Origin: Candidatus Woesearchaeota archaeon
GTDB lineage: Archaea > Nanobdellota > Nanobdellia > Woesearchaeales > SKIA01
Direction: 5' to 3'
Assembly: GCA_046704725.1 (NCBI GenBank)
Contig: JBJKRI010000004.1
Location: forward strand, 32,001 to 96,000
Length of the DNA: 64,000 nucleotides
Position 1 is the first letter of the stretch, and the number at the start of each line of letters is the position of its first letter. Position numbers and translations under genes: made by a program. Of this stretch, positions 13,501-21,322 are shown one piece after another. The notes beneath the pieces were generated by a model. The model made no database searches, was not told the DNA's origin, and was given only the letters and a program-made list of their open reading frames with translations.

Positions 13501-14153
13501 CTGACACCGGCCGGATCGACGGCCTGGATATCGAGATAGCCGCTGGGCGAGACGGGAGCGAGGCGCGGTCGAGAACAGTGACTGGCAGCGATGCACGTCT
13601 GATTGTCAAACCCGCCGAGCAGACCGCAGATCATCTGCGCACGAACGGTAAGAATGTCTGGTACGGTGACGTGCGCAATCCGCTCACCGGGCAGAACCGC
13701 CTCGATTTCGAGATCTTTCCCCCCAAGGTTCCTGTGAGAGGCAATTTCCGCATCGCCGTCGGTGTGTCCGCGATATCCGGGAATGAGCGAAAGGACCTCA
13801 CGAATCGACAATTCAGCGCGTTGCACTTGAAGCTGTTGGCCCGCAGGAAGAAGGGAGAACCCATGACCAGTGAGATATCCTTCACAGCGGGCAGGGGAAG
13901 GGATGAAGGACGCTGGGTCGCGAACAATCAAGCAGTGTTCCAAAGCGCGGAAAGCATCAATGCAAGCCTGTTGCTGGATCTTTCTGACGGCGAGTCAGCG
14001 TTCGATATCGTGCCGGGCGCCGAGGCCTTCGTATTCGTCGTCACAGTGCATATAGGGACGCGGAACACGGTGAGCGAACTAGCCGGTGAGAAACTGATCG
14101 GGTATGCGGTCCTCACTGTCCGGAAGCCCGCCACGCGTCAAGAGGGCTCTTGA
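10548..14153 (+). CDS. Large membrane protein with a Gly-rich linker and tandem Ig/carboxypeptidase-regulatory-like beta-sandwich domains
   Basis: About 5 N-terminal TMs, G/P/T linker, repeated segments such as TISGHVTDSGAP, VVGRVLSGGHGVPDAEVSV...TTTDREGRFSFDGVP; ATGA overlap with the upstream gene. Confidence 0.85.
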   Translation: MSPSFLAYPLGLLNPAQVYLTAPYLWDAIIYFMLFLGLATFVYTQKGTYGKKRGKPVAIAIAMALTFSLSVWEYTSGWYLGQTRFAILPLIILLGLFFLLFYRMLTQMFNMKAHCAAAISYYLTYAGAGGMFDGAISSGLSQYPSIGMVLDILILTAFITLIVCVIGLFPKSTPTGTGDDGGGTSSGAGTMPDGGRGGNEPGGLSPGKPGKGGLEVKLKEPKNKAKISVDDKLPVKAKISGGTGNYVWRVITQKDGGDAEEQKRGKGENVKVSVGPFPPGKYRVYVIVQDGQSEANANARFRVEYKDSQLGVIEGTGVYATTDEPVQDRTIFYLVDEYFDQLTGKDGKPIRTTGRVDDDECTFVFKDIPIPKEGINVWVQGYTPSGENGRSESAVNLRRDDRKKSVRVRFGVSPNRVLPQFEQPRENAELLAGETSDVKLYFHGPAGATAMYSISLVDRNSHEVVNVVQNASVRILGTAVERRHAMTHPKAPGAYTLTLTYVQGERRGSIKREVRVVGSTEGTLRVSVKPEQEQYETLDVVKFQLHVDGLQGVKREWRAIRGENNKKITDWIALEGDTGTFDGTLRLRHGLNLTGKQRIRILVRDGYSVGSDEFTVEILSSEPQRAVTISGHVTDSGAPSEGRYVQVLDERGAELKRSDETRITPNNPDLSGAYSLQLGTIPDGPLIIQVVGAPQTARPLQIAEGANEIHEDFDLSGNTTPTPDSNVTVFRGLVLHVEPNGRIVGPAAGGAVRLSFDGTLIAQTRIADNGSYAVRDTHPKTGVYVLDADTARGHKTLRIRINRPGRVSENLLVPVDANTGQQFIVEGKAVYDDGRGITEVLPRNSTAQLIKDGRQRGIQGVGPDGSFRVADDSPVRGDYLLVIETPFGERESRTVRYDPDSPSIEKNIKVERVQTVVVGRVLSGGHGVPDAEVSVLTPRGEPVDWNTTTDREGRFSFDGVPRLGEFYLQAITAEGTGRTELLRMPDTGRIDGLDIEIAAGRDGSEARSRTVTGSDARLIVKPAEQTADHLRTNGKNVWYGDVRNPLTGQNRLDFEIFPPKVPVRGNFRIAVGVSAISGNERKDLTNRQFSALHLKLLARRKKGEPMTSEISFTAGRGRDEGRWVANNQAVFQSAESINASLLLDLSDGESAFDIVPGAEAFVFVVTVHIGTRNTVSELAGEKLIGYAVLTVRKPATRQEGS

Positions 14154-14916
14154 CGTCCTTGATCGTGTCGCGCGTAACGTGCGTGTAGATCTGCGTGGTC
14201 TGCAGGTTCGCGTGCCCGAGCAGTTCTTGGATGATTCGAACGTCCGTGCCCCCCTCGAGCAGGTGCGTGGCGAACGAGTGGCGGAGCACGTGCGGAGTCA
14301 CGTGTTTCGCGATGCCCGCGCGCTCGGAGGCATCCGCGACGATCGCTTGCACGTTGCGCGTGGTCATTGTGCCGTCGCCGAAGATGAAACCCTCGCCTCG
14401 CAGCTGTTCGCGCAGGCTGTCGGGGATGACGGTGATGCGGTCCTTACCCCCCTTTCCTTGTCGTACGTGCAAGGTACCGTCCGAGGAGATGTCGTCATAG
14501 CGGAGCTTGACGAGCTCGGAGACCCGCAGCCCGCAGGCGTAGAGCAACTCGATCATGAGACGGGACTGCTTCGTGGGAGCCGCCTGCACCAGTGAAGCGA
14601 CCTCTTCTTTCGTCAGATGGACAGGATGCTTCTGCGCGACCTTCGGAGCGCGGATGCCGGTGAAACCGCGCTCGAGGACCTCATTGTAGTAGAAGAGCAA
14701 TGCGCTGCGCGCGAGATTCACCGTGCGCGATGCCTTGCCATCGTCAATGAGCGTCGCGAGGTACGCTTTGATATCGTCCTTGGTGACATTCTCAGCATCC
14801 TTGCCCAGCCGCTTGAGGAACTGCGTGTTGTAGCGCAGATACGCCTTCTTGGTGTGCGGGGACAATCCGCGGAGCGTCATCTCCGTCTGCAAACGCTTCA
14901 TTTTATGCGAATACAC
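14113..14916 (-). CDS. xerA: Site-specific tyrosine recombinase, XerA/XerD-like
   Basis: SAM-like N-domain (RGLSPHTKKAY), LLYACGLRVSEL, GKGGKDR, HVLRHSFATHLLEGG.D.R.IQELLGH...TTQIYTHV. Confidence 0.92.
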   Translation of the reverse strand: MYSHKMKRLQTEMTLRGLSPHTKKAYLRYNTQFLKRLGKDAENVTKDDIKAYLATLIDDGKASRTVNLARSALLFYYNEVLERGFTGIRAPKVAQKHPVHLTKEEVASLVQAAPTKQSRLMIELLYACGLRVSELVKLRYDDISSDGTLHVRQGKGGKDRITVIPDSLREQLRGEGFIFGDGTMTTRNVQAIVADASERAGIAKHVTPHVLRHSFATHLLEGGTDVRIIQELLGHANLQTTQIYTHVTRDTIKDVKSPLDAWRASGQ

Positions 14917-14939
14917 TTACATCCTTCTTAAGGGCATCG

Positions 14940-15515
14940 CTACGCTACCAATTCGAGCTGCGGCTTGGCAGTTGGGATTGTTTCGTACAACTGTTCAGGC
15001 AGTTCCCTCTTGAGGTCGCGATAGATCGTGGAGGTCGATACACCCCACAGATTGGCGATATCGCGTACAGATGTCCCTTGCTTCCGCATCGCTTGAGCGT
15101 TCATCGCACGTCCGGCGATGTCCCAGGGGCGGGCTTCCCTCCGCGAAAGCCTGTTTGAAGTGCGTATTTCGCGGTATAGCTCCTCTTGACTGACTGTAGA
15201 GCTCGCTATGATGTGATATACCGGGGTGTTCGAGTTATAATAGAGGTCGATCGCAGTCTCCAGGGTTATGGGCCCGGAGCTTTGAAATGCCGTTTGCGGA
15301 CTGGGAGCTGGTGTTTGTGGGACGGGAACTGCCTGTGCATCGGTATCAGAATTGGTGGGCTCACGTACAGGGATGACGAGCGGGATCATCGGTTCCTCAG
15401 CAGATCGAAACAGATCCAGTACTCTGGCTACAAGACCGTGCGCACGCGCTGTCAAGTCATAAGCGCGTGTGAGAATAGTCTGCTTCGGTATGAACTGCTG
15501 AATCGTCTGATACAT
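14940..15515 (-). CDS. Hypothetical protein with C-terminal helix-turn-helix (start uncertain, up to 15587)
   Basis: GTSVRDIANLWGVSTSTIYRDLK is a typical HTH. Confidence 0.7.
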   Translation of the reverse strand: MYQTIQQFIPKQTILTRAYDLTARAHGLVARVLDLFRSAEEPMIPLVIPVREPTNSDTDAQAVPVPQTPAPSPQTAFQSSGPITLETAIDLYYNSNTPVYHIIASSTVSQEELYREIRTSNRLSRREARPWDIAGRAMNAQAMRKQGTSVRDIANLWGVSTSTIYRDLKRELPEQLYETIPTAKPQLELVA

Positions 15516-15926
15516 CGCTGTTTGCTGCAACTGCTTTGGTGCGTAGCGCGAAGTCCGTTCAGTAGGTGTGGATGCGCGGTCGCGCAACGCTGCGTATCCT
15601 TCGTGGATTCTTGCTGAGAATCTGCCTCACACTGATTCCGTTGGGTTGCGTGACCTCTCTAAAGCGTTTTCGATAATCATTACTGAATAGGGGTATATCT
15701 CCATGCTATTTAAATATGCATTCTTTGATGTGTTTAATGGGCTGTATTATGATTATAATATATGCTTATAAATAATAGACGTTGTATTGTGAATTGTATG
15801 TCCAATATGTTAGTACTATTAAATTATGTGTTTCGAGGATGTCTGAAATATGTCGTTTTGTCGTAAAACTTTTTGTAGAGGATGGAATGCTGCGGCTTTA
15901 TAAAGTGCTCCGTGCAAATACGCCCC

Positions 15927-16544
15927 ATGAAATCGAGCAGACGCGCAGTGACCTGGGCGGTACTCAGTACGATTGTCGCGGGAAATGCCCTCGCAGGCTG
16001 CAGGATCGCCACACCGAGCAAGAAGACCCCTGAAGAGCTTGTCCCGGCCGCCACACAAGTGGAGCATGAAATGGAAGAGGGCAGATTCGCCGATGCCGGC
16101 GAGAAATTCGTGAGCTTTGCACAGGCGTGCCCTGGCACCGTGGACGCGCAGCAGGTCGGCGAGGTCTGCGCGAGTCTCGAATTGATCAAGAAGTACGCCG
16201 ATGCCATGATTGCCAACAAGGGGCTTGAAAGCTGGAAAGCTGGGCTGTCCGAGCTGGACCATGAGAATATGGCGTTTCTCACTGAAGGGCTCAAGCACTA
16301 CGCCAAGCTCATGAACGGATCGGATTATGATCTCCGAAAGCGGATGCTCTATGGGTTGCTGCCTACCCTGAACAAGGTACGCGACGGTCTTGAGCTGACT
16401 GTGCAGGCGAAGAACTCCTCCGTCTCCAAGCCGAGGGGAATTCTCGCTCGAGCGACAGGTTTGTCGCCCGACTGGGTATTGAAGGATGCGGAGAAGACGC
16501 GGAACGCGTATCTGAAGGCGCTTTCCCAGGCACTGCAGCCATAG
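15927..16544 (+). CDS. Putative lipoprotein, helical
   Basis: MKSSRR, hydrophobic stretch, then lipobox-like LAGC; TTTATAAA about 23 nt upstream. Confidence 0.65.
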   Translation: MKSSRRAVTWAVLSTIVAGNALAGCRIATPSKKTPEELVPAATQVEHEMEEGRFADAGEKFVSFAQACPGTVDAQQVGEVCASLELIKKYADAMIANKGLESWKAGLSELDHENMAFLTEGLKHYAKLMNGSDYDLRKRMLYGLLPTLNKVRDGLELTVQAKNSSVSKPRGILARATGLSPDWVLKDAEKTRNAYLKALSQALQP

Positions 16545-16570
16545 TTCGCATAATATACATTATCTGTATT
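16543..16570. other. dif-like Xer recombination site candidate
   Basis: AGTTCGCATAA-TATACA-TTATCTGTATT: 11-6-11 layout, inner ATAA/TTAT inverted repeat, resembles E. coli dif GGTGCGCATAA-TGTATA-TTATGTTAAAT; 1.6 kb from the Xer gene. Confidence 0.55.
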
Positions 16571-16763
16571 TATTTTCCGCCTGAATCGTGGTTTGTTTAA
16601 ATAGGGGGATGTAGAAGACAGGAAATCATGCACGAAACGTCTCATTTGTCTAGGAAAGCCCAATAGTTTGCTGCTGTTTGTTGCGATTCCGATCCCACCA
16701 TCTAACAAACATACAGTACACAATACATCATGAATATGTACTTTATGCCCATAGATTTTAGAA

Positions 16764-17792
16764 TTACAGAACTGGTTCGTTCCCGTTGTGGAAGAAGGCG
16801 AAGACCTTCTTCTCGATGGTGAAATCATCGTATCCATGCATGAAGAGTGCGATGGCCACGCCGATGAGGACGAAGTGCGGCCACACCGCCTCTTTGAAGA
16901 AGATGAGGCTGATGGTGAGAAACGTCAGGAAGAACAATGACGTAAAGCGGATGTCCATGCCGATGATGTAGAACAATCCGATGAGGATCTCCACAATCAT
17001 GGCCCCGAGCACCAGGAACATGGGGGAGAAGTGGAAATATGTGGTCAGATGGTAGGCTTTCACCGTGTCGAGGGCCAGGTCGGAATGGATGAGCTTGGCG
17101 TAGATGCTCGCATAGATCAGGCTAATGCCGAACAGCACCCGGAGAATCGGGAAGGTATAGCGCTCGAAGCTGGCGAAACGAGGCTTGAGCTTTCTCCACA
17201 CGTGGTCGAGGGAGAAGGTCTCTCCGCCCAATATGAGGACGAAGATCATCTCCCCGAGGTAATTGACGTAGGTGAGGGTGTACATGCCCTTGTTGAAGAG
17301 CACCGTGATGAAGCCCAAAAGCGCCACAAGCGCCGCAGGACGCGTCATGAAGCCGAGTATCAAGAAGACGCCGATGATGAAGAACGCCGCTCTCCAGAAG
17401 GGAGCGAAAGAGCCGAAGAGCGTCGATAAGGGTATCTCCGGACCGAATAATGCGTTGAAATAGCCCGCGGCGATCATGCACACGCCAAGCGTCCAGCGTG
17501 CGGCGATGCCCGCGTAGGGCTTGAGCTTGAGCAGCCAGGGATCGATCCCGCGCTGGATGAAATGCGACATGGAGAGCAGGAATATCGCCACGACAAGGAC
17601 TGTAGCCAGGAAACCCCAGAAGAAGAACTGCAGCTCGTCATGCGGGATGAGTGTGAGCGGGTCGGGGCTTCTCGCGGCCACGTCGCGAGCGATCGTGGAC
17701 TGGTTGAGGACGTAGATCTCGTGGGCCGAGACGGTCCCTGCCAGGCACAGCAGGAGTGTTGCTGCAAGGAGTATCGCTGCGAATCTCCACAT
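16764..17792 (-). CDS. DoxX-family membrane protein (duplicated DoxX-like halves)
   Basis: Signal peptide ending AHEIYVL; LILGFMTRPAA and EILIGLFYIIG..IRF halves; FSLDH; EAVWPH. Confidence 0.8.
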   Translation of the reverse strand: MWRFAAILLAATLLLCLAGTVSAHEIYVLNQSTIARDVAARSPDPLTLIPHDELQFFFWGFLATVLVVAIFLLSMSHFIQRGIDPWLLKLKPYAGIAARWTLGVCMIAAGYFNALFGPEIPLSTLFGSFAPFWRAAFFIIGVFLILGFMTRPAALVALLGFITVLFNKGMYTLTYVNYLGEMIFVLILGGETFSLDHVWRKLKPRFASFERYTFPILRVLFGISLIYASIYAKLIHSDLALDTVKAYHLTTYFHFSPMFLVLGAMIVEILIGLFYIIGMDIRFTSLFFLTFLTISLIFFKEAVWPHFVLIGVAIALFMHGYDDFTIEKKVFAFFHNGNEPVL

Positions 17793-17816
17793 CTTCTTAA
17801 CTACACGAAACGGTAC

Positions 17817-18146
17817 TTAAGCGTTCTGCGACCCCGCACGAGTGCGCACGGAACGGATCTTGTGCCGTAGACCGCGGAACAGCCTCGAGAACTCCTTGTA
17901 CAGCTCCGAGAGCTCCTGTTCCCCTCGCATCGAGAGCTTATAGCGCTTCTCCCTGCCCGAGCTTCTGTACGTGATGAGATGCTTTCTGTGCAGCGTCTTG
18001 AGCGCTGGATAGATCGTTCCTGGAGTCAGGAGGGCTCCGCGGCGATCGCCGATGCGTTTCGCTAGCTCTGTCCCTGTGGATGGCGTCCGCAGCTCGTGCA
18101 GGAGCAGGAAGGCGAGCGGCTCTGTGAGTTCGACGGCCCGTTTCAT
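17817..18146 (-). CDS. PadR-family transcriptional regulator
   Basis: TGTELAKRI...TPGTIYPALKTL...G REKRYKLS.RG. Confidence 0.9.
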   Translation of the reverse strand: MKRAVELTEPLAFLLLHELRTPSTGTELAKRIGDRRGALLTPGTIYPALKTLHRKHLITYRSSGREKRYKLSMRGEQELSELYKEFSRLFRGLRHKIRSVRTRAGSQNA

Positions 18147-18301
18147 GGCCGTCCATTCTCTGCCAGGGATATAAATATTGTGTTTCCAATATCAATAAAT
18201 ATGTTTCGCACACAATATCTAATAACTATAAGCGATTAATGATATTTTAAGATATGTGCAATTATTTTATTGTATTTACGATATGCTGAATAATTGGTTA
18301 T

Positions 18302-18823
18302 CTATTGCTGTTGTTCAAACAAGGATAATTGCATATCCCGACTCAATTGCTTCGAGAGATTATCATCGATGCCGACTATATTGTGACGTGCTTGAAGCTC
18401 GTGGAACTCGATGTCCAACAAGAGCAAGAACCGTCCCTCGGGCGAGCGCTGCTTGATCACCGGCACCCCTTTCTGGATGAGAGCGAACACCAGATCCTGA
18501 ACGTGCGACGACGGAAGGGAAAGGCGACGGGACAGCTCGGCATACCCGATCGGACCCGCCGCGGTATAGAGCAAGAGGAAGACCTCCTGCTCGCGAAGCG
18601 ACAGGGAGATACGCGAAAAACGCCCGAACGCGGGATCCTCCAGTCGCATTTGAAACCCTGCAAGGGCGTCTTGCACCTTGCAGAGCCGCTCACTCAACTC
18701 GAGAAGCATAGCGCGATTCTCGAGAGTCTCTTCGGTATTCGAGTTGATCGCGTCCAAGTGCTCGTCAAGCTCCTCCTTGACGGCGCCGAACGCCTGTCGC
18801 AGTCTTTTCTCCTTGCGGAACAA
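18302..18823 (-). CDS. Coiled-coil plus winged-helix DNA-binding protein (TTG start inferred)
   Basis: AFGAVKEELDEHLDAINSNT coiled coil; LSLREQEVFLLLY...YAELSRRLSLP...LIQKGVPVIK wHTH; GGGGGT SD before the TTG. Confidence 0.75.
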   Translation of the reverse strand: MFRKEKRLRQAFGAVKEELDEHLDAINSNTEETLENRAMLLELSERLCKVQDALAGFQMRLEDPAFGRFSRISLSLREQEVFLLLYTAAGPIGYAELSRRLSLPSSHVQDLVFALIQKGVPVIKQRSPEGRFLLLLDIEFHELQARHNIVGIDDNLSKQLSRDMQLSLFEQQQ

Positions 18824-18975
18824 CTCATTACCCCCAGAAACAGGAGCACACAACCGCCTTAAAAATTCATATGGTGCGCCAGCGCACATGTCATCAACGA
18901 GTGAAACAGTGTAAGCGCAAGGACTAAATACACGCACGCAAAAGAGCCAAGAAATGCGCGGAATGCACGAGATCC

Positions 18976-19072
18976 GGATGTGGTATATCCCGAATCGTAT
19001 CATCCTGCGCAAGCCCTGTCATTGCTGAGGACCCGGATGCGGGCGCCTCGGACGATGACAGGAACCACATCT
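18976..19072 (+). ncRNA. Candidate structured RNA or 5' leader
   Basis: GATGTGGT (18977-84) pairs with ACCACATC (19064-71) and encloses the hairpin CCTGTCATTG-CTGAGG-ACCCG/CGGG-CCTCGG-CGATGACAGG; G-U pairs work on the + strand. Confidence 0.4.
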
Positions 19073-19118
19073 TCTCTGAGCGCCCCGCCACAAGAGGTCC
19101 CTGGCGGAGGAATGACGG

Positions 19119-19406
19119 ATGGAATGCACCATGTGCGAAGAACCCATCACCAACCCGTTGTGCCCGGACTGCCTGGGACAGGCAGTCAGTGCGTGGCTAA
19201 ACGAGCAGAGGCCACGAAAGGTCGCTGCGCTCCAAAATCTCACGAACAGCTGGAAGAGCCAGCACGGCGAGCACTGCATCCGCTGCGGACAATCGTTCGT
19301 CTTGTGCACGTACTGCTACACGAAGGACGTGTTCAACTGGCTGCGCGACGGGGAACTGCAAGTGCAATTCCTGAGGCATTTCGACTTCCTGAGTCAAAAC
19401 GCATAA
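19119..19406 (+). CDS. Small Cys-rich zinc-finger protein
   Basis: Four CxxC motifs (CTMC, CPDC, CIRC, CTYC); GGAGG SD. Confidence 0.8.
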   Translation: MECTMCEEPITNPLCPDCLGQAVSAWLNEQRPRKVAALQNLTNSWKSQHGEHCIRCGQSFVLCTYCYTKDVFNWLRDGELQVQFLRHFDFLSQNA

Positions 19407-19430
19407 AAGCCCCGCACGGCTCGACAATGC

Positions 19431-20039
19431 ATGCCATCGAAAAGCCAGCTGGCCGTGGCGCTCTCGAAGCTCAAGGGCTTCGACAAGCCCAAGGATGCGC
19501 TCGAGCAATACCGCACGGACGGCGACACGGCAGCGGACCTGCTGCACAAAGCGCAACTCATCGACGGCATCGAAGGCAAACGCGTCGCCGACCTCGGGGC
19601 AGGGACCGGCATCCTCGGGATCGGCTGCCTGCAACTGGGAGCATCGCACGTCACCTTCGTGGAGATCGACGAGGAAGCGATCACGCTGCTCGAAGAGAAC
19701 CTCGCGCCCTTCGCACAGGACAGGAGAGAGATCATCCACGGAGGAGTGCAGCACGTGCAAGCGGACATCGTCGTCATGAACCCGCCTTTTGGCGTGCAGC
19801 GCACGCACGCGGACCGTCCGTTCCTGCTTGCGGCATTCTCGTCCGCGCCGATCATCTACAGCCTGCACCTCGCGGGGTCGGAAGGCTTTCTGGACGCGCT
19901 GTGCAACGAGCATGGCTACGCACGCACGCACACCTGGGACTACGAGCTCCAGCTGGCTCGGAGCATGAAGCACCACCGCCAACGCACGCACCGGACGGCC
20001 GCGATCGGGGTGCGCCTCGAGAGAAGGCAACCTTTATAA
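19431..20039 (+). CDS. METTL5-family N6-adenine RNA methyltransferase
   Basis: LEQYRT, DLGAGTGILGIG, MNPPFG, HADRPFL, YSLH. Confidence 0.92.
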   Translation: MPSKSQLAVALSKLKGFDKPKDALEQYRTDGDTAADLLHKAQLIDGIEGKRVADLGAGTGILGIGCLQLGASHVTFVEIDEEAITLLEENLAPFAQDRREIIHGGVQHVQADIVVMNPPFGVQRTHADRPFLLAAFSSAPIIYSLHLAGSEGFLDALCNEHGYARTHTWDYELQLARSMKHHRQRTHRTAAIGVRLERRQPL

Positions 20040-20062
20040 ACGGGTCTGGGGTTCCGCGACAC

Positions 20063-20338
20063 ATGGAGATCGCAGTCCTCGAGCAGGACAAGAACCGGAT
20101 GAAGTTCGTCCTGAAAGGAGCCGGACACACCTTCTGCAACAACCTGAAACGCGAGCTGTACGCGGACAAGAACGTCCACGTCGCGAGCTACAGGGTGGAC
20201 CACCCGCTCATCGGCACGCCGACCTTCATTCTCGAAAAGACCGGGACCGCGTCATTCGCGAAGATCCTCGCGGACGCGGCAAAACGGATACAGAAACAGA
20301 ACGCGGAGGCCCAAAAGGCCTTCAAGAAACTGAAGTGA
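20063..20338 (+). CDS. rpoL: RNA polymerase subunit Rpo11 (L)
   Basis: GAGHTFCNNLKRELY...ASYRVDHPL; TATA at 20033-20040. Confidence 0.93.
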   Translation: MEIAVLEQDKNRMKFVLKGAGHTFCNNLKRELYADKNVHVASYRVDHPLIGTPTFILEKTGTASFAKILADAAKRIQKQNAEAQKAFKKLK

Positions 20339-20544
20339 GCCTGAAAATCATCGAGCATCGCTGCCCGGAATGCGGAGCGGCCCTCCAGCCTGCCCGCGTC
20401 GGAGACGAGACCATCCGTGCATGCCGATGCGGATACGGACAGCCGGAGAAGCGGGAGGAGAACACGCGAGGGATAGTGACCTATATCCAGCAGCTCGGAG
20501 CGGCAACGCTCACACACCTCATGCAGAACCGTGAAAAGCGCTAG
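20335..20544 (+). CDS. Small zinc-ribbon protein (TFS/RpoM N-terminal-like)
   Basis: CPECGAAL...CRCGY; GTGA overlap with rpoL. Confidence 0.55.
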   Translation: MSLKIIEHRCPECGAALQPARVGDETIRACRCGYGQPEKREENTRGIVTYIQQLGAATLTHLMQNREKR

Positions 20545-21242
20545 GCGCCGAAACGGCGTTCGCGGGAAGCATACTGTGACAAGCACTCGTCGAACTCCTC
20601 CTTGGAGAAGGCGGGCCAGAGCGAATCCACGAAGCACCACTCGCTGTACGGGCTCTGCCAGAGAAGAAAGTTCGAGGTCCGCCGTTCGCCGCCAGTACGG
20701 ATGATGAGATCGGGACTGTCAGCCATGACGAGCGCATCATCCACGATCGCTTCCGAGATATCAACCGGGGAGAGCTCACCGTCCCTCACGCGCTCGGCGA
20801 GCGAACGGAAAGCGTCGACGAGCTCCTCACGACCGCCGTAGGCGATCGCGACGTTCAACAAATAGTCGGAGAAATCCGTGGTCGCCTCCTCAAGCGCCGA
20901 CAATGCCGAGCGCACGGACGCGGGAAGCATATCCAGCCGTCCGAGGAACCGCACACGCACCTTATTGCGCATCACTTCAGAACCGGGCTTGACCTGCTCT
21001 TTAGCGAAACCCGTGAAGGTCCGCATGAGGAAATCGAACTCTATTTTGGGACGGGAGAAATTCTGCAATGACAACGCATACACCGTCACGGTGCGGATGC
21101 CCGCATCGCGGCACCATGAGAGCACCTCCTTGAGCTTGGAAGCGCCCTGTGAGTGTCCGACGGACGGGTCCTTGAGCAAGGCGCGCGCGTACCGTCGATT
21201 CCCATCCATGATGAAAGCGACATGCGAAGGGGTCATGCGCAT
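20541..21242 (-). CDS. uppS: cis-prenyltransferase (polyprenyl diphosphate synthase)
   Basis: HVAFIMDGNRRYA, YALS.QNFSRP..E, AYGGREE, PDLIIRTGGERRTSNFLLWQ..YSE, RRFG. Confidence 0.96.
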   Translation of the reverse strand: MRMTPSHVAFIMDGNRRYARALLKDPSVGHSQGASKLKEVLSWCRDAGIRTVTVYALSLQNFSRPKIEFDFLMRTFTGFAKEQVKPGSEVMRNKVRVRFLGRLDMLPASVRSALSALEEATTDFSDYLLNVAIAYGGREELVDAFRSLAERVRDGELSPVDISEAIVDDALVMADSPDLIIRTGGERRTSNFLLWQSPYSEWCFVDSLWPAFSKEEFDECLSQYASRERRFGA

Positions 21243-21322
21243 CGGACCGGAAAAGTGAATATAAAGATTCCTGGGAGCGCCGGAACGAATCCTTATAAAC
21301 AAGAGAGTCCCGGAACGGACGG

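Noticed and set aside
14113-14916. Integron integrase with a cassette array
   Set aside because: The protein is too short and lacks the IntI-specific insertion, and no repeated attC-like sites were seen.
18980-20062. Long N-terminal extension of RpoL (452 aa), and similar extensions on IleRS, thermosome, MoxR, RNase HI and the short histone
   Set aside because: ORF-caller artefacts: homology and TATA/SD positions indicate later starts, and the extensions overlap other genes.
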